A stretch of 64,000 nucleotides of DNA from a virus (taxonomy: Duplodnaviria > Heunggongvirae > Uroviricota > Caudoviricetes): positions 96,001-160,000 of IMG/VR virus record IMGVR_UViG_2799112330_000002; one strand, 5' to 3'. Below are positions 59,233 to 64,000 of this stretch, in pieces (position 1 is the stretch's first letter; every line of letters begins with the position of its first letter). Under the pieces are notes generated by a model. The model did no database searches. It was not told where the DNA came from and saw only the letters and a list, made by a program, of their open reading frames with translations. The position numbers were made by a program, and so were the translations under genes.

Positions 59233-60174
59233 ATGAAAATTACAATAGATACTAAAACAGGAGAAGTAAAAGTTGGTGGAAAGCCATTTAATGAAGCAAG
59301 TGAGGCAAACAAGAATCTTGCGGAAACTTATCTTAGGAAAGCAGTAAGAGAGAATACAATGCTTTCTGATTATGAAATAGATTCTATGTGGATGTCTTAT
59401 CGTTATTGTATTGGACGTCATACTATAGCATCTCATATGAGGGCTAATGATATTTGGAAGCATTGTAGAAATCGTATGACTAAGGAACGTCAATTGTTCA
59501 ATGCTTATGATATGAATAGAGAAATTGAACAGAGAATGGCATTCACATATCCATGCTTTAGATTTCCATTAACAAATCTTAACCGTATCTATACAACAGC
59601 GGTGGATATTGTTTGTGAATTCATGGAAGACTACAATATTCAGAGTAAGGAAGATTTTCTCAAATATAGAGATATTGATGTCATTCTTGCAGATAATGAA
59701 AGAGGCTATAAGCTTGAGACAACAACATGGGAAGAATGGTTACGTCCTCAGGTATTGAAGATATGCCAGAATATTTATGACAATAATGAATTGACTGAAG
59801 AAGAGGCATGGGCTATGTTTGAGAAATGGAATGAAGGTGACCAAGAAATGATAGATACATTTGACTGGAAATTCAAACCATTGACAAAAGACATTCCTAA
59901 TCCTGAAAACTTCTATTTCCTTGATTTTGAAGATCTATTTGTTTGGAATGATCTTGTACATTGTTTTGATCATGAGCATTATCATAAGTCTGTTCTTGTA
60001 GATGGAACTGAATGTGAATGGTTCTGGACATGGACTGAGAAATCTGAAAAACGAGATGATGGATATTATTATAAAGCATTCGGATACAAGAAGATTAGAG
60101 TTCCTGTAGACAAATGGAATGGAAGCTATACTACATGGATTCCTGATGAGGTAATTGAAAAAGATCTTTATTAA
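59233..60174 (+). CDS. Hypothetical protein
   Basis: 313-aa ORF containing SYRYCIGR. Confidence 0.65.
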   Translation: MKITIDTKTGEVKVGGKPFNEASEANKNLAETYLRKAVRENTMLSDYEIDSMWMSYRYCIGRHTIASHMRANDIWKHCRNRMTKERQLFNAYDMNREIEQRMAFTYPCFRFPLTNLNRIYTTAVDIVCEFMEDYNIQSKEDFLKYRDIDVILADNERGYKLETTTWEEWLRPQVLKICQNIYDNNELTEEEAWAMFEKWNEGDQEMIDTFDWKFKPLTKDIPNPENFYFLDFEDLFVWNDLVHCFDHEHYHKSVLVDGTECEWFWTWTEKSEKRDDGYYYKAFGYKKIRVPVDKWNGSYTTWIPDEVIEKDLY

Positions 60175-60191
60175 CTAAAATATAATAATTC

Positions 60192-60650
60192 ATGGAAAAA
60201 CAGAACATAAAAGAAGAGTTATTTCGTAAGCATCTATCATGTTGGCCTCCCGAGAATGAAGCAGCAAAACTTTATCATATGTTTTTAAAGGAACACCCTG
60301 AATATGAAGATGCCCCAATTAGGTGTATAATTGATTCTAAGGAAATGGAAGAGGATCATTATGGAAATGGCGGTGGAGTTGAAAATACATTAATCATCTA
60401 TAATGAAAGAGAAGAGACAGATGAAGAGTATGAGAGAAGAATTAAAGAATGTGAAAACCAATTAATTGATAAATATTCTAATGAAATTGTATTGGAGTTA
60501 ACCCATCTTGAATCTTCTTTACGAAAACCATCAAATGACTATCTTAACAAGGATAGAATTATCAATGAATTAAAATCAAATATAGACAAATATTTTAAAA
60601 ATCTTTATATTTTAGCTCACGAAAAAGATATTGATTACATTAAAAAATAA
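60192..60650 (+). CDS. Hypothetical protein
   Basis: REETDEEYERR motif, common in phage proteins. Confidence 0.6.
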   Translation: MEKQNIKEELFRKHLSCWPPENEAAKLYHMFLKEHPEYEDAPIRCIIDSKEMEEDHYGNGGGVENTLIIYNEREETDEEYERRIKECENQLIDKYSNEIVLELTHLESSLRKPSNDYLNKDRIINELKSNIDKYFKNLYILAHEKDIDYIKK

Positions 60651-60657
60651 ATAATTC

Positions 60658-60891
60658 ATGGATAAGAAAGACAAAAATGGACAAGTGATTGAATATGATT
60701 CACAACCGTATGGAAATTGTTATTTTCAATATAAAGATATTCGAATAGAAATTGATGAAGATGTTAATTTAATTAGAATTATGAAAGGTAATAATGTTAT
60801 TAAGTATTGGTATGCACAAGATACAATACAAGCATCAAAACTACCAAAGTGTTGTGATATTATTAATGAATATATAAAAGTATTTGAATAA
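60658..60891 (+). CDS. Hypothetical protein
   Basis: Packed ORF. Confidence 0.55.
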   Translation: MDKKDKNGQVIEYDSQPYGNCYFQYKDIRIEIDEDVNLIRIMKGNNVIKYWYAQDTIQASKLPKCCDIINEYIKVFE

Positions 60892-60892
60892 T

Positions 60893-61063
60893 ATGATATA
60901 CGAAGGAGTTGACAAATTTGAATATAAAGTTCAAAAGATTAGTTTTAGATCTCTTGAAAAGACATTAAATGAATTAGGATCGGATGGATGGGAACTAATC
61001 ATGATAGATGAAGATAATTATATATTTAAGAGGAAGGTTACTGAAATCTTAATTAACGAATAA
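60893..61063 (+). CDS. DUF4177-like small protein (56 aa)
   Basis: FEYKV...LNELGSDGWELI...IFKR; below the ORF-track cutoff. Confidence 0.65.
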   Translation: MIYEGVDKFEYKVQKISFRSLEKTLNELGSDGWELIMIDEDNYIFKRKVTEILINE

Positions 61064-61093
61064 AAAATGGAAGAACTTAAGTTCTTCCATTTT
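61063..61093. terminator. Bidirectional terminator (palindrome)
   Basis: aaaaatggaagaacttaagttcttccattttt. Confidence 0.75.
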
Positions 61094-61098
61094 TCTTT

Positions 61099-61536
61099 TT
61101 AGTCCTTTTCAATATAGTATCTTTTTAGCTTCTTGTCATATTTGATAATATCTAAATCTCCTTCATATCTTACTTCTTTATCATTGTCATCCAAATAAGA
61201 AAAATATTCCTTTTTTGCTTCTACAGCAGGATGATAGATTAGAGGAATTTCAATTTGCTGTATTGATAATAGAAAATATGTTGCATCTGGATTCTTCTTT
61301 ATTTTTGAACGTAATCCATTATATATTTTCTCTTCCCCGTTTTCAATATATGTAAAATATGAGTTCCATCCGTCTTGGGCTTGAATCTCAGGAAAATAAG
61401 TCAATTCTACTTTTTCTTCTATTATCTTTGTTTGAGTCAAGAAACCATCAATAGTATTCTCGGAAATATTCTTTACAACCTTTCCTACATAATATTTCTT
61501 ATTTCCTTCTTCATCTATATAATAATATTTGCCCAT
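61099..61536 (-). CDS. Hypothetical protein with three Y..Y.D..G.(K/E)..Y.G-like repeats
   Basis: YYYIDEEGNKKYYVG / YFTYIENGEEKIYNG / YFSYLDDNDKEVRYEG. Confidence 0.55.
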   Translation of the reverse strand: MGKYYYIDEEGNKKYYVGKVVKNISENTIDGFLTQTKIIEEKVELTYFPEIQAQDGWNSYFTYIENGEEKIYNGLRSKIKKNPDATYFLLSIQQIEIPLIYHPAVEAKKEYFSYLDDNDKEVRYEGDLDIIKYDKKLKRYYIEKD

Positions 61537-61559
61537 TTGTTATTTACGATATTTTTAAG

Positions 61560-63194
61560 TTATAATGATGCTTTGATCTTCTTGATTTCCATATCAACGT
61601 AAGCTTTAATTGCTGCAGGAATATTTACATTTGCACTTACACCAATTACTTTGAACTTGCTAGTATCAAATGCATTTTCTCCACCGTTTTCGGTAATTGC
61701 AAAATCATTGTCTCCAAATTCAGAAGCAGGAGAAGCTAAGCCCCATGCCTTATGACCTTCACCTGCTCCAAATACTGTGAAGTTCCAAGGTGTTACATCA
61801 TCTTTGCCTTCATATTGGAATTTGATCATTACATTAGCATCATCTTCAAAACTAATTGCTACCCATGGTAATTTTGCTCCTGGAGCATTAACTGTTCCTT
61901 CCCAACAATGTACACAATTTCCATTATATGCAACAGATTCAATTGTAAATACTAGTCCTGTAGATTCTGTCAAATTGATATCATTAAACAATTCTAGATC
62001 TTGAGCTTCCATACCATAGAAAATAGGTGCATAATATGTTACATCATTGATGACAAGTTTCTGTGCTCTTTCACTTGCCCATGTTGCTCCACATTCAACA
62101 GCTTCATTACCAATATTTCCATGATAATATCTATCATTGAAGTTTACTGCTCTATTTTCTACTGCATTCCAAAGATCTTCTTCTGGATATTTCTGATAAT
62201 ATTTCTTCAATACACCGTTTTCATATGATTCTTGCCAGCTTTGAGCATTATTGATGAATTCATATTCTAATTCTGTTTCTTCACCAAATGTACCTAATTC
62301 AGCCTTTGTTGCATACTTATTGTCAGATTCTTCTTTAGTATAAGAATCTCCAACATTAGCTTTACCTGAGATATCTTGTTCAGTTAAATATTCACCTATA
62401 GGTTGGAATGCAGCATTTGCTTCATCTTTAGTATAAACATTTTCAATATTTGCCTTTGCAGCAATAGAATTAGTTAATGCAGCTACAGCATCATCATTAT
62501 TTGCGAGTTTCTCACCGATTTCCTGTAATGTATCAAGAGCTTCTGGAGCAGCACCAACAATCTTCTGAATTTCTTGAGTTACATATGCAGTTGTAGCAAT
62601 ATGTTGATTATCATTTAGTGTAACACCATCTATTGAATTAAGATTCATATGAATTTGAGCTGATCCAAAATCTGCAACATTCCATTTACTTACCATTGCG
62701 AGATTATATGTTGATACATTATCAGTAGCTGTACCAAGAATAGTATCATGATTCTTTAATACAATATGATGTCTTTCGGCTGAAGATGCTACCCAAGAAA
62801 CTTTATCATCTAAATCGGTTTTTAAAGCATAGTTTTCTAAAGCTGATGCATCAAATGATCCATCTTTACCTTTTAATGATGCAAGCCATTCTTCTTCAGT
62901 ACCTTCAAAACCATTCTCTTGGGCAATTTCATAAGCAGATTTACCGTTTTCACCGGGTTGAGCTGCTGAAGTTCCAAGTTCTTTAATCCAAGATAATAAT
63001 TCGCCAGTGGTATTGATTTCTTTTTCCTCACTAACTTCTGCCCCATTCCAATCGATATCAATAGCATTTACAACCTTACCATCATCTGTTCCAATTTGAC
63101 CTTTTACAACAATAGGAGATGTAGATAGTTCGATTCCTTCATTTTTTACTGCATTGAAAGTGATTCCATTCTGTGTTATTTCTATGTTTGCCAT
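61560..63194 (-). CDS. Tail fibre-like protein
   Basis: GKSAYEIA..NGFEGTEEEWLASLKG, APEALDTLQEI, AIDIDWNGA. Confidence 0.75.
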   Translation of the reverse strand: MANIEITQNGITFNAVKNEGIELSTSPIVVKGQIGTDDGKVVNAIDIDWNGAEVSEEKEINTTGELLSWIKELGTSAAQPGENGKSAYEIAQENGFEGTEEEWLASLKGKDGSFDASALENYALKTDLDDKVSWVASSAERHHIVLKNHDTILGTATDNVSTYNLAMVSKWNVADFGSAQIHMNLNSIDGVTLNDNQHIATTAYVTQEIQKIVGAAPEALDTLQEIGEKLANNDDAVAALTNSIAAKANIENVYTKDEANAAFQPIGEYLTEQDISGKANVGDSYTKEESDNKYATKAELGTFGEETELEYEFINNAQSWQESYENGVLKKYYQKYPEEDLWNAVENRAVNFNDRYYHGNIGNEAVECGATWASERAQKLVINDVTYYAPIFYGMEAQDLELFNDINLTESTGLVFTIESVAYNGNCVHCWEGTVNAPGAKLPWVAISFEDDANVMIKFQYEGKDDVTPWNFTVFGAGEGHKAWGLASPASEFGDNDFAITENGGENAFDTSKFKVIGVSANVNIPAAIKAYVDMEIKKIKASL

Positions 63195-63232
63195 ATTTGT
63201 TATATATGTTATATATTTTTATATTTATTAAT

Positions 63233-64000
63233 TTAACTTATCTTTATCTTAATAATACCTGTTTCAACTATTTTTGCTGATCTATAGACTTTATATCCTT
63301 CAATATTAGCCTCTGTATCAACTGTAGTAATATCTGCATCATTAAAGCCTGGATCTACAAATTGTACTGTCTTATCATCTTTTACCAAAACATATACATA
63401 ACCAGTAGCTGGTGCCTCATATGTAGATTCTTCAGGATATTCTTCAATCTCTTGAGCACCATTTGCCGTTGTATAATTATCAGTAGTTATTTCAGTTTGT
63501 CCATAAGAGAAATAATATTTTGGAACTTCAGGAGTATCAGGTTCTTCTTGAATGTTTACACTTAATGTTTTTGTAAATATTGCTTCATTATATGTTTCAG
63601 TTTCCAGTAGATGAGCTGTCAAAATAGTTTCACCATTATTACCTGTTAAAGTAACAATACCATTACTATTAATTGTAGCAATATTTGTATTAGATGAAGT
63701 GAATTCAATTTGGTTTACTGTAATATTTGGAATAGCAATCACTAGTTCTGGTAATTCATCATTAGCATTTGTTATTTCCCAAGGATCAACATATTGATGT
63801 TCAGGTTGTATTCTCCAATACATATCTCCAATGGTAACATTATACTTAAATGATTTAGGATTAACATGAATAATATCCAACAGTTTTTCTTTTGATTCTG
63901 AACTAAGATTTGTCAATCCAGCAAAAGCACCATCTTTAACAGTTATTTCTTCATTTAATTCAATATTTACAATTTGTGGATTATTTGCAAATATATCATC
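63233..64000 (-). CDS. LRR_5/Ig-like (Big_2) virion surface protein (5' end beyond window)
   Basis: Frame open to nt 64000 (..ITVKDGAFAGLTNL); FTSSNTNIATINSNGIVT Big_2 motif. Confidence 0.6.
   Translation of the reverse strand, partial: DDIFANNPQIVNIELNEEITVKDGAFAGLTNLSSESKEKLLDIIHVNPKSFKYNVTIGDMYWRIQPEHQYVDPWEITNANDELPELVIAIPNITVNQIEFTSSNTNIATINSNGIVTLTGNNGETILTAHLLETETYNEAIFTKTLSVNIQEEPDTPEVPKYYFSYGQTEITTDNYTTANGAQEIEEYPEESTYEAPATGYVYVLVKDDKTVQFVDPGFNDADITTVDTEANIEGYKVYRSAKIVETGIIKIKIS

Noticed and set aside
1-64000. TAG-to-Gln recoding (code 15) as in Lak phages
   Set aside because: ORFs of about 2000 aa are intact in code 11, TAG behaves as a true stop (e.g. 19175 is followed 1 nt later by the next ATG), and the nrdD breaks are TAA, not TAG.
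1-64000. tRNA, rRNA or CRISPR arrays
   Set aside because: No cloverleaf/T-loop signatures or repeat-spacer arrays were noticed by eye; tRNAscan-SE would be needed to be certain.

Overview
AT-rich (visually about 25-30% GC) segment of a very large T4-like lytic phage genome read in standard genetic code. It resembles Lak-like gut or rumen megaphages, and a Bacteroidales-type OmpA gene points to a Prevotella/Bacteroidota host (inference). The window holds: (1) virion/tail genes, including a 5'-truncated giant CotH-kinase-like protein, Ser/Thr/Ala-Tyr-rich fibre proteins and a 1883-aa GH2 glycosidase adhesin; (2) T4-type replication and nucleotide genes (UvsW-like helicase, gp32-like SSB, DHH phosphoesterase, dNMP kinases, NrdG); (3) a class III ribonucleotide reductase gene broken into three separately initiated polypeptides, the middle one also interrupted by a 350-nt ORF-less group I intron, with a free-standing homing endonuclease in the first gap; (4) about 17 genes sharing a T4 capsid-targeting-like N-terminus (MKxhxxY/FhxE); (5) lysis-related genes; and (6) an 8.3-kb putative cytosine-hypermodification operon. 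That operon has a dNMP kinase, two dCMP-hydroxymethylase-like paralogs, an AlsE-like (allulose-6-P) epimerase, a nucleotidyltransferase-kinase fusion, two glycosyltransferases, a KdsC-like phosphatase and an atypical C5-methyltransferase. It is the best candidate for an undescribed system, possibly DNA decorated with an allulose/psicose-derived sugar. Two classes of conserved promoter-like motif and a family of long inverted repeats are also visible. All assignments come from motif recognition by eye; no searches were run.
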